A stretch of 63,221 nucleotides of DNA, the filler included, from Reticulomyxa filosa (taxonomy: Eukaryota > Protista > Foraminifera): assembly GCA_000512085.1 (NCBI GenBank). It is 18 parts of 18 records of this genome, joined end to end, with 100 filler letters (N's around TTAATTAATTAA, not from the genome) between each part and the next. Parts side by side here need not be neighbours in the genome. Positions count along the whole stretch, not along the records: positions 1 to 1,947 come from ASPP01004392.1; positions 2,048 to 3,627 come from ASPP01011883.1; positions 3,728 to 4,925 come from ASPP01005596.1; positions 5,026 to 11,984 come from ASPP01022284.1; 14 more parts are not named here. One strand, written 5' to 3'. The translations under genes were made by a program, and so were the position numbers. Below, in pieces: positions 1 to 10,100 of the stretch; within the stretch, counting starts at the first letter, position 1; every line of letters begins with the position of its first letter. The notes beneath the pieces are model-generated. The model saw only the letters and a list, made by a program, of their open reading frames with translations. It made no database searches and was not told where the DNA came from.

Positions 1-1947
1 TATATACATAAAAAAAAAAGTGAAATATCAGGAATATGTGTATATCGAAGAGACATGCGTCGAATTGGATGGAGAAGAGGCTGGAATGAGTCAAAAGTAT
101 ACGTGTTCAGATGGAGTATTAACTCGGCAAATTTACAGATCGGGGATGTTTCCCTTGGGTGCCACCAATGGAGCAAGCGTTTTACAACGGCTGTCACCAC
201 TACCCAAACATGAACAAGCAAATGAAATTGGACATCCAATGTATTATGCTTTTTTTTGTTTTGTTTTATTTGATAGTGCAAACTTGTCTTTTTGTGTGTT
301 TGTGTTATCTGTTTCCAAAGTCGGGGGGGGGGGAATCTAACTTTATAACACGACGTATACATACATACACATACATAACGCATAAGGCGGAACAGAAAAA
401 GAAAAGGAAGAAATGGACTTGAGATCAAAAGGAGAGAAAGATGAAATGAACAAAAGACCAGTGTATCCATGTAACTTTGTCAGCTTTGATGAAGGCGATA
501 TTTTTGCATTGGATGAGTGTGCGAGTGTTTACGATGAGAGCCATAACCTGACTTACAGCTTCATGTTTCATTGTCGTAGCAATAACTTTTCCGACATGCC
601 GCATGCTGATATCTTCCTCCATTCCGACAATTGCACTGGTCCGTTGTATGATCGCTGGTTTTTCAATTACACTGAGAAAGGTATTCTCCCCTCTGTTTTT
701 CCAAGCTTTTCATATCTGCGCCATTTGTCCCCTTTTGAAAACGCTTCAATCACAAATGAATGAACAAACAAACAAAATTAGAGTGTGAAGCTTCCAGTTG
801 TAATACAGTGAAACTCAAGCAATTTGAATACAATGGCGAAGATACAAACTGCAGTGATACTGGTAATGTTTTTTTTTTAAAACGTAAAAAAAAAAAAAAA
901 AGGGGGAGCAAAATGTAGTTTTTGTAAACTTGCTTTGAATAAACCTTCACTAGGTAATTATAAAGTTTATCCTTATGTCAGCGATGTTTGCTTGCCGTTG
1001 AATGGAGACTCGCATTTGTATCAGCGCTACACGTGCAAAGACACAATTGGACTACAGTATGACATCTTCAACCACTCGTCTTGTCAAAGTCAATATCTGG
1101 TCATGTCGTCGATCGATCGCGTTGGCTGTCATCACTACGGCAACAACTCTTTTTTTGAAAGATATCAAGTGCAATGTATGTGTGTGTTATGCCCTTACTT
1201 TATAATGTGATTTTCCAAAGGGGTTGTTTTTTCTTTTTTTTTTTTTTTCCTTCTTCCCCCTCCTCCTCCACCTTTGTCTTTCTTCCAAAAAGGGTAACAA
1301 AAGTGTATACGTACTTGTCTATTTTGTTTGCTGTTGCTGTGTAGGCAGTCAGTCTATATACACCACCACGAAGGATATCCTCTATCCAAATACGAGTACT
1401 ACGATGGCGACACTTAGTACCACAGATACGACCACAACAACAGCAACGACAGGTATGTCTACAAGCAGTGGGAAGATATGCAACTTTCTCAGCCTTGAGG
1501 AAGGGAAAATTGTTCCTTTGCGAAAATGCTTTTCCAACAAAACCCATGACAAGGAATGGAGCATTATATTTTATTGTGACAGCAACGATCCACTGCAGCT
1601 GCCTTATGCCCACATTTGGGAAAATTCCACCAACTGCACGGGGAACACCGACGTGGTTTGGCATTACAATGTCACTGACAGGGGTATTGTTTTACTTTGT
1701 TTTTTTTTTTAAAAATAATAATAACAATAATAAAAGGGAGAGGTACAATCACAACAAAAAATGAACTGCAACAACCCACGATTGGTACGTATAGAATGCG
1801 AAGCCCAGGATTGTGATGCAATCGAATTTTCGCAAAATTGGTATCATTCGAATGACACCTTATGCAGACATGTTGGTGCGTTTGTTTGTTTGCTTTTATT
1901 GCGTTTGGACAAACACAAAATAGTAAAAAAATTTATTTTGGCGTTGC
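1..1947 (+). CDS. Partial multi-exon Cys-rich extracellular glycoprotein with internally repeated modules and a Thr-rich linker
   Basis: Coding segments separated by GT-AG introns with poly-A/T. Repeated module CNFVSFDEG..C..C..NCTG..W.FNYTEK|ECEASSC versus CNFLSLEEG..C..C..NCTG..WHYNVTDR|ECEAQDC. Many N-x-S/T sequons. Confidence 0.6.
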
Positions 1948-2047
1948 NNNNNNNNNNNNNNNNNNNNNNNNNNNNNNNNNNNNNNNNNNNNTTAATTAAT
2001 TAANNNNNNNNNNNNNNNNNNNNNNNNNNNNNNNNNNNNNNNNNNNN
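1948..2047. other. Artificial contig-joining linker (44 N + TTAATTAATTAA + 44 N), first of 17
   Basis: Identical 100-bp linkers with stops in all six frames at 1948-2047, 3628-3727, 4926-5025, 11985-12084, 17805-17904, 21745-21844, 23444-23543, 25371-25470, 29652-29751, 31368-31467, 32806-32905, 39949-40048, 42299-42398, 46092-46191, 47429-47528, 54686-54785, 57482-57581. Confidence 0.99.
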
Positions 2048-2115
2048 AATCCATTCTCGGTAAAAAAAAAAAAATTTGCTTTTATTTTATTTTTTAAATT
2101 AGTGTGAACACTGTA

Positions 2116-2149
<34 letters not shown>

Positions 2150-2157
2150 TATGTATA

Positions 2158-3552
2158 GGTGAAACGTATCAAGACAAGAATGATTCGCAATCATATTTCG
2201 TACTGAACTTGGACAAAAATAGCGACACGATTGCGTTTGTGGGACAAAATCACTTTATAATGAACAGCACGGTGAAGGAAAATGTGCTGTTCGACTGTGA
2301 GTTTGACGAGAAGAAGTACGAGACGGTGATCGACGCAAGTGCGCTACGTAGCGACTTGATGTTGCTACCGGCTGGCGACGAGACGGAGATTGGAGAAAAG
2401 GGAATAAATTTGAGTGGTGGTCAAAAGGCTCGCATTTGTATCGCGCGAGCATTGTATCGAAGCAACAGCATATCGCTAATGCTGTTGGACGACCCGCTGA
2501 GTGCGGTAGACAATGACGTAGCGCTGACGATATTCCGCAAAGGTATCTTGGACATTGTGAAGAAGCAAAACATTACATGCTTGGTGGTGATGAACAGCAT
2601 TTGGAATTTTTGGAATACTTTGACCGCATCTTGGTGATGGAGCAGCACGGCGGAGTGTGTCAACTGGCGGACAATGTCGTGCAAAGTGACTTGGAGTATT
2701 TGAAGACAAAGTACTCTAAGCTGTTGGATCATTTGATCAGCAAAGACCGATTGAGGAAGCAGCCGCAGAATAATGTCCCTACAAAGACAGTGACAACAAC
2801 AACAGCGACAACAGCGACAACAACAACAACAACAACAACAGCAACAACAACAACAGCAGACACATCGACAGCGGCAGCCACGGCGATGGCCATAGGGTCC
2901 ACATCACCGGACCAAGTATTAGACGAAGCACAAATATTGGAAGAAGAGGACGAAAACACTTCCAATAAGAAGGCCCAATTTACTCCATTGGAAATTCAAA
3001 CTGAAACACCACAACAACAACAACAACAACAACAACAAACGAAAAGTGATGCTACTGCTACTCTTATTCCATCAGTACATCAGATTGGCCAGGAGAAAAA
3101 ACAATTGTTGGGAGACAAGTACGAAACAATGCGCAAAATAACGGTGCAAGAAGAGCGAAAGCGAGGCGACGCTCGGCAAGGGTCACTACTGAAGTACATG
3201 GACGAGGCTTCAAATGGACACGGCATATTGCTACTCTTTTGCGTCATTTTGGTGAATATTGTCGGACAGATCCCACTCGTCCTTTGTGATATGTGGCTGT
3301 CGTGGTGGGCCTCAGCCAATGATCACGTCACCTCCACGGCCTCGTTTCGTCCGTTCTTCGATACCGAACATTGGAAACAACACTGGTGGATGCTCGGCAG
3401 CTTCATCTGCTGCATCACCGCGCTTTGCGCTTCCATTTCTAGGCTCCTCTTTGGATATCTGCTTTGCATGCGTGCCTCCGCTCATTTGCACTCCGACATC
3501 TTGGAAAAGCTTTTGCGCGCACCTATTTCCTATTTCGACGCTACGCCTACTG
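2158..3552 (+). CDS. ABCC/MRP-type ABC transporter fragment (NBD1, low-complexity linker, start of TMD2) with one frameshift near 2598
   Basis: TEIGEKGINLSGGQKARICIARALY signature, Walker B LLDDPLSAVD, and TMD2 motif LLRAPISYFDATPTG. Frame changes at MNS/HLEFLEYFDRILVM. Poly-Thr and poly-Gln linker. Confidence 0.9.
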
Positions 3553-3589
3553 GTTAACATTTACTTTTCTTTGGCTCTCATGCACTTAC

Positions 3590-3627
<38 letters not shown>

Positions 3628-3727
3628 NNNNNNNNNNNNNNNNNNNNNNNNNNNNNNNNNNNNNNNNNNNNTTAATTAATTAANNNNNNNNNNNNNNNNN
3701 NNNNNNNNNNNNNNNNNNNNNNNNNNN

Positions 3728-3900
3728 TCGTCGTGTCGGGCATTTCGACCGCCCGGAGTGCCGGGCTGTCGCCCGGCTTCATCGCGACCTGGATGAGCGC
3801 CTGGGGCCTGTCCTGGCTGGTCGCTTTTCCCGTCCTTCTCGCCGTCATGCCTTTCGTGCGGCGCATCGTCGGCCTGATCGTGGAGACACGTCCGGGCTGA
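3728..3900 (+). CDS. Bacterial small membrane protein, DUF2798-like, 5'-truncated
   Basis: Frame from 3730 reads VVSGISTARSAGLSPGFIATWMSAWGLSWLVAFPVLLAVMPFVRRIVGLIVETRPG*. The WxxAWxxSWxVAFP pattern is typical of DUF2798. High GC3. Confidence 0.7.
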
Positions 3901-3903
3901 GGC

Positions 3904-4650
3904 TCACGGCCGGTGCGCCTCCAGGAACATCCTGATGTGGCGCACCGCCAGCGGGACGCGCTCGGGCGTGTCCTTCCACGGATAGAGCGTGACCTGCGCG
4001 TTGGGCGCCAGCATCGCCACTTCCATCGCGACCTTGTAGGGGTGCGGCGGGCTGTCGTCGGGGGCGACGAGGATCGGGGTCTTGCAGGCCTTCACGAACT
4101 CGCGCGGCACGGTGAACACGAAGTCGGATTTCTTCGTGTACATGTTGGTGAGGAACTGGCTCACCTGGTCCATCGTGACGTCGGGGCGCCTGGCCACGAA
4201 GTCGGGACCCCAGCCCTTCATGTTGTTGTCGTAAAACTGGTTCGGCAGTTCGGGCCGGAAGCCCGACGGCTGCGTCAGCACGGCGGCGATCACGCGATCG
4301 CCGACCCGCTTGATCAGGTTCCAGATCAGCGGCTGGCCGATGCAGTAGCCCAGCACCATGAACCGGTCGGCGCCGAGATGATCCATCAGGCCGACATGGT
4401 CGTCGGTGAAGGAATCCCACGTGCGCTCGATGTCGAGCGGCCCGGTCGACTGGCCGCCATTGGCGTTGCGCAGGTCGGCGCAGATGCAACGGAAGCGGTC
4501 GCTGAATTCCTTCATCGCGCTGAACGGATGCGTCCTGTCGAGTCCGGCGATCGTCGAGTTCAACCCGCCGCCCGGAATGATCAGCAGCGGCAGGCCCGCG
4601 CCCGCCTCTTCGTAGTGAATGCGGACGTCGCCTTTTTCGTAGAACGGCAT
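3904..4650 (-). CDS. Bacterial alpha/beta-fold hydrolase with a Cys nucleophile elbow (GYCIG)
   Basis: 248-aa ORF with strong GC3 bias. IHYEEAGAGLPLLIIPGG, ICADLRNANGGQS, GYCIG, and PILVAPDDSPPHP. Intronless. Confidence 0.88.
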   Translation of the reverse strand: MPFYEKGDVRIHYEEAGAGLPLLIIPGGGLNSTIAGLDRTHPFSAMKEFSDRFRCICADLRNANGGQSTGPLDIERTWDSFTDDHVGLMDHLGADRFMVLGYCIGQPLIWNLIKRVGDRVIAAVLTQPSGFRPELPNQFYDNNMKGWGPDFVARRPDVTMDQVSQFLTNMYTKKSDFVFTVPREFVKACKTPILVAPDDSPPHPYKVAMEVAMLAPNAQVTLYPWKDTPERVPLAVRHIRMFLEAHRP

Positions 4651-4790
4651 GGTGATTTTCTCCCTGCTGCCAGCGTGCCACGCGACGCGTTAGGGCGCAA
4701 AGGCGAGGTATTGTCGCCGATGCACAATCAGCGGTAGTGCAGTGCTTCTCGTGACTGCTACGGTGGCACAGGCGAGGGAGAGAGCAACGG

Positions 4791-4925
4791 ATGAAGAGTC
4801 TGGGACGTCGTGATGCGCTGCTGGTACTGGGCGTGACACTTGCAGGATGCACTCCCGAGCAGAAGGCCGTCACGCAGTCGAACGTGGCCGCCGGATCACA
4901 GCGAAAGCTCGGGCGGGTGGTGATT
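4791..4925 (+). CDS. Bacterial lipoprotein N-terminus (RR motif plus lipobox LAG-C), truncated
   Basis: MKSLGRRDALLVLGVTLAGC, with purine-rich RBS-like GAGGGAGAG upstream of the ATG. Confidence 0.6.
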
Positions 4926-5025
4926 NNNNNNNNNNNNNNNNNNNNNNNNNNNNNNNNNNNNNNNNNNNNTTAATTAATTAANNNNNNNNNNNNNNNNNNN
5001 NNNNNNNNNNNNNNNNNNNNNNNNN

Positions 5026-5767
5026 GCAAATCAAACATTTTATTTGTTTGATTTGCAAAGAAATTGTAAACAATCCTATGGACATAAACTGTCCACATCA
5101 CGCAAATATGGATGAAGTGCTAATTGCTGGAGAGCATTGCCTAAAATTATTTCTCGAAAACAATAACAACTCTTGTCCAATTCAACCACATGACAACTGT
5201 CAGTATTCAAGAAATAACGCTGTGAGAAAATACATTGATGATTTGACAGTAATGTGCATAAGACAATTTGAACAAGATCTGAAAATATCACATGAAACTG
5301 AAGGTGAAGGAAAAACACCTGGGGTGATTAAATGTGGTTTTCATGGGAAATTAAAAGATTTAAATAATCATTTAATCAATGAATGCCCTTTGACCTTAAT
5401 CAATTGTTGGTTCAAACCATTTGGTTGCAATCATACATGCTTCAAACACAATTTAAAAGATCATCTAATCACAGACGTGAAATTACATTTTGATTTAGCG
5501 ACTCAATTATCACAATCCATGAAACAGGAAATTCAATCGAAAGATAAACAAATTATTGAAAAAGATAATCGAATTAAACAAATGGAAAGAGATTATCAAC
5601 AAGAGTTGCTCAAGTATCGTGCAGATATTGAAATGATTAAAAAAGATTCCAATGAGAAAGAAAAACAATTTTTATCTAATCATGAAAAAATAGTTAAAGT
5701 ATTGCAAGAGAAAAATGCCAAATTTACTCAAGATTATGAACAATTAATTCAAAAATTAAATCTTTAA
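5026..5767 (+). CDS. RING-like + TRAF-type zinc finger + coiled-coil protein, 5'-partial
   Basis: CLICKEIVNNPMDINCPHH...GEHCL...CPIQPH (RING-like); CGFHGKLKDLNNHLINECPLTLINCWFKPFGCNHTC...HL (TRAF-type finger); C-terminal coiled coil; no MATH domain before the stop. Confidence 0.75.
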
Positions 5768-6264
5768 CACAAAAAAAGAGGATCTGGTTTAAATGATTAT
5801 TACAAGCAATTGTGGCTGTCGCCACCTGAATAATGTTTTGCTTTCCATTTTTTAATTCAATTTCTTTGTATTGTTGTTTGATTAATTTTTTGGAATTTTT
5901 GTACTAAAATTGAATTTTGGTATTTGATACTTTTGAGAAAGCGGAAATGCATGTCAATGACAAAGAATGTGAACGCTAACACAAATGAAAAGATTTTGAA
6001 AAATACAAATGCAAACAGTTTTTGCATATAAAGTTGATTTCATGATAGAGATAAATAAATACAATTATTAATATCTTAAATCTAATTTATTTCCACAAAT
6101 AAAATATTTTTAAATTCTTTAAATTGTCTTAAGTTGTGTCATGTCTGCTACAGAGATTATACAAAGAAGCTTAATTGGAAAAAAGTACTTACCGATCAGA
6201 AGTTGTCCCAATAATAGCAAAAAAAAGATAAAATTATGCATTTTAGCCTACAAACAAATCAGCA

Positions 6265-6371
6265 ATGGCATTATGTGAAGAGAATCGATTTTCTCCGTGA
6301 AAAATAAAGATTTAAACCTAATTTTTTAAAAAATATCTAGTTTTTAAATATGAAATTGGTTTTATAATAAG
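6265..6371 (-). repeat. Dispersed AT-rich non-coding repeat, copy 1
   Basis: Reverse complement cttattataaaaccaatttcatatttaaaaacta...tttaaatctttatttttcacggagaaaatcgattctcttc closely matches 32906-33030. Confidence 0.8.
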
Positions 6372-7121
6372 TTTTTTCTATGTTGATCAAAAATATGATT
6401 TTTTAAAATGATTTTTAAAAATTTTGAAGTAGCTCATATAAATTTTAAAATCTTCTTGTTTTCATTTTAGGAATACTCAAGTCACGTAAATACTTTTTTA
6501 AAAAATAAGCATTGTATCTTTCGTAATTTTTAATAAAATTTGAAACCTTTTTTTGATTATTTCATTAAAAATTTTTTTGGTAATGTTTTTACCATTTTGT
6601 TGGTTTTCTTTGTACATTGATTAAAGTTTCAATTCTCCTTGGCATTGACTCAACTAGAACTTGACTAGTTGATTGTCAATTTTTTCCTATTTTTTTCAAA
6701 TTTTTCCCAAAGTTATTGTTTGTTAATTTTTTTGACTTTTTATAATTTTATTTTAATTATCCAACAAATTTTTTAAATTGGATTTATGCCCCATCCCAAT
6801 ATAATATTTAATTGCAAAAAAAATGTTAACGATTTTTTATTATTTTTCCCATGAATAAGCACATCAATATTTATATGGATTCATTTAGGGAATCTATCGA
6901 TTGTAATTGAATCTTTAATTTTATTAATGTCCTTTTTTGTTTATTTGTTTATTTACACAAATTTACATCAGCCTTTTTGGTGACTTATGGTGAACAATTT
7001 CACCTATTGCAATTTTTATTTGTTTTGTCTAATCATTTAAAGAAATTTATTTTGCTGTCAATAATAAGTATCATTGAGAACAAGCACTTATATATTTTTT
7101 ACAAGCAATAAATAAAAAAAA

Positions 7122-10100
7122 TCAAAATATTCCGCCACGCTGTTTCACAAGCAATTCTTGTAGAGATGTTAAACCTTTTGTATCTTTCCAAATACTACTT
7201 TTCATTGACAAACCACCTTGAGTGCCCACTTTCCAAATATAGTCTACTGAATTCTTTTCAGTTACGTCAATAATTTTACCATTATCACTACTCCATAATC
7301 GAATTGTTTTATCCTCTGAACATGAAGCTAATTTTGAACCATCAGGTGATATAACAATGTCGTTAATAGTCCCATTATGTCCTTCCAATAATTGGATCTG
7401 CTTTCCTGAAGATACATCCCATATTCGAATTGTTTTGTCGTCCGAACACGAAAAAATTTTAGAACCATCTGGGGATAATTGTATTCCGGATACTCGATCT
7501 GAATGTCCTTCTAATGTTTGAATCTTTTTCCCAGTTAATATATTCCAAAGTCGAATTGTATTATCTGCTGAGCAAGATACGATTTTAGTACTATCTGGAA
7601 AAAATTGTGCATCTAGTATACTCTTTTGATGTCCTCTAAACAATAAAATTTGACTTCCAGATGATGTATCCCATATTCGAATCGTTTCATCGCTTGAACA
7701 TGATATGATTTTAGTACCATCTGGAGAAAAGCGTACAGTATCTACACAATCTGTGTGCCCTTTTAATAATAAAAGTGGTTTCCAGACGATACATCCCATA
7801 CTCGAATTGTTTCGTCATCTGAACATGATACAATTTTAGATCTATCAGGCGAAATTTGCATGCTGTTTATCTCATCGGAATGTCCTTCCAATAATTGGAT
7901 CTGTCCTCCTGATGATATATCCCATATTCGAATTGTTTTATCCACTGAACATGACACAAGCTTGGAATCATCTGATAAAAATTGCATATCGTATATCACA
8001 TCAGAATGTCCTTTTAATAGTTGGAGCTGTTTTCCTGATAATATATCCCATATCCTGATTGTAGTATCATTTGAATACGACAAAATTTTGGAACCATCAA
8101 ATGAAAATAACGCTCCACGCACAATATTTGAATGACCTTTAAACACTTGAATATGTCTTCCTGATTGTGCATCCCATAATCGAATAGTGTTATTCGCAGA
8201 ACATGACACAATCTTAGAACTATCAGGAGAAAATTTTAAGCTCATTATGACGCCTAACTCTCCTTCTGTTAACTGGATTTTTTTTTCTACAGCTATATCC
8301 CATATACGAATAGTACCATCAAATGAGCATGACAAAATTTTTTGTTCATTTGAAAAAAATTCCACTTCAGTTATTTCACCCGAATGTCCTTCTAATTCTT
8401 GAATTTGTTTTCCAGATGACACATCCCATAGTCGGATTGTACCATCATCCGAGCCTGATACAATTTTAGAACCGTCAGATGAAAATCGTGATGTTTCTAC
8501 ACAGTCAATATGTCCTTTTAACGCTTGCAGTTGTTTTCCAGACAACAGATCCCATAATAGAAGAGTGGCATCATCTGAATATGACAATATTTTTGAACCA
8601 TCTGGTGAAAATTGAATTCCATTTATATTCTCGGTATGTCCTTCTAATATTTGAATTTGTTGACCTGATACTACATCCCATATTCGAATAGTTTTGTCAT
8701 TTGAGTATGATACAATATTTAATCCATTGGGTGTAAAGTGTACTCCATTCACACTGTCTGAATGTCCTTCAAATAATTGAAGCTGTGTTCCAGATGACAC
8801 ATCCCATATCCGTATGCTTTTATCGTCTGAACATGATACAATTTTGGAATAATCTGGTGAAAATTGCACTGTATTCACAGAATCTGAATGCCCTTCTAAT
8901 AACTTAACTTGTTCTCTAGATGACACATCCCATATCCTAATAGTTTTGTCATCTGAACTTGACACAATCTTAGAACAATCTAATGAAAATTGCGCAGCAG
9001 TTACATCCGATGAATGTCCTTTTAAAATTTGAATTTGTTGACCTGATAATACATCCCATATTCTAATAGTTTCATCACATGAGCATGATACAATTTTAGA
9101 TCCATCATGTGAAAACTGTACTCCACTTATGTCATCTGAATGTCCTTTCAATACACAAAGTTGGTTGCTTGACGCTGTGTCCCATATTCGAATAGTTTCA
9201 TCATCTGAATAGGATACTAATTTAGTTTTATCTGGTGAAAATTGAATTCCTCTTATTATATCTGAATGTCCTTCCAAGTTCGCATATTCTCCAAAGTAAA
9301 TATTGCTCATTGATGCATTTGTGAAATTGACTTTGGTTAAACAAGTTTGATAAAAACGCACATGGTCTAAATTTGCATTACTAAAATTGGTTCCTTCAAG
9401 GAAAGCACGATCCAAGATTGCATAAGGTATTTTTACATTGCTCCAATTTTGATAATTCATGTCGATATTAGCCGAATTGAGTATTGTAACTGCATTTGCT
9501 GCTGCAATACTAACATTGTCATTATTTTTTGATGATTCAATAATTCGAAATAATCTTGATTTTAAATTTACAAATATTGGATTATCGTCATGAATTCTTT
9601 CGGCAATAAATTGGATAATCCCTAATTCTTCATTTAATAGCTTACAATTAATAAATAATTTTTGAACATGTGTTTCAAATTGTTGTTGAAATTGTTGATT
9701 GTCAATAGTGACAATATCAGGTTTCCATGAAATGATATCAAATATAATTTTTTGTGCAGCATAATATTCTTGACATGATTTATGTACAAATTGATATTTA
9801 TTATCACCAACTCTTCTTAATACATACTTTGCAATACTCTCACCATTGAAATAGCTTTCCCATATATCCAGTGATTTTGTAACTGACGTTTTAGTGTCAT
9901 TTATTTTTATTGTTTTTGATACATTTTTAGTCACCTTGCCATTACGAACATATTTTTTCCAAAAACTTTGTGTTTTTGAAACAAAAGTGTCACTTTCATT
10001 CATTTTTAATTCTGTTTTTTCATTTTCATTTTTAGTCTCTATATCCATTGTTGGATCCAATTGACTCCAAATGTTATCAATTTCATATTCTTCACAATCA

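Noticed and set aside
3845-4873. 342-aa and 274-aa ORFs overlapping the hydrolase
   Set aside because: Shadow ORFs typical of high-GC DNA, with Arg/Pro-rich nonsense composition.
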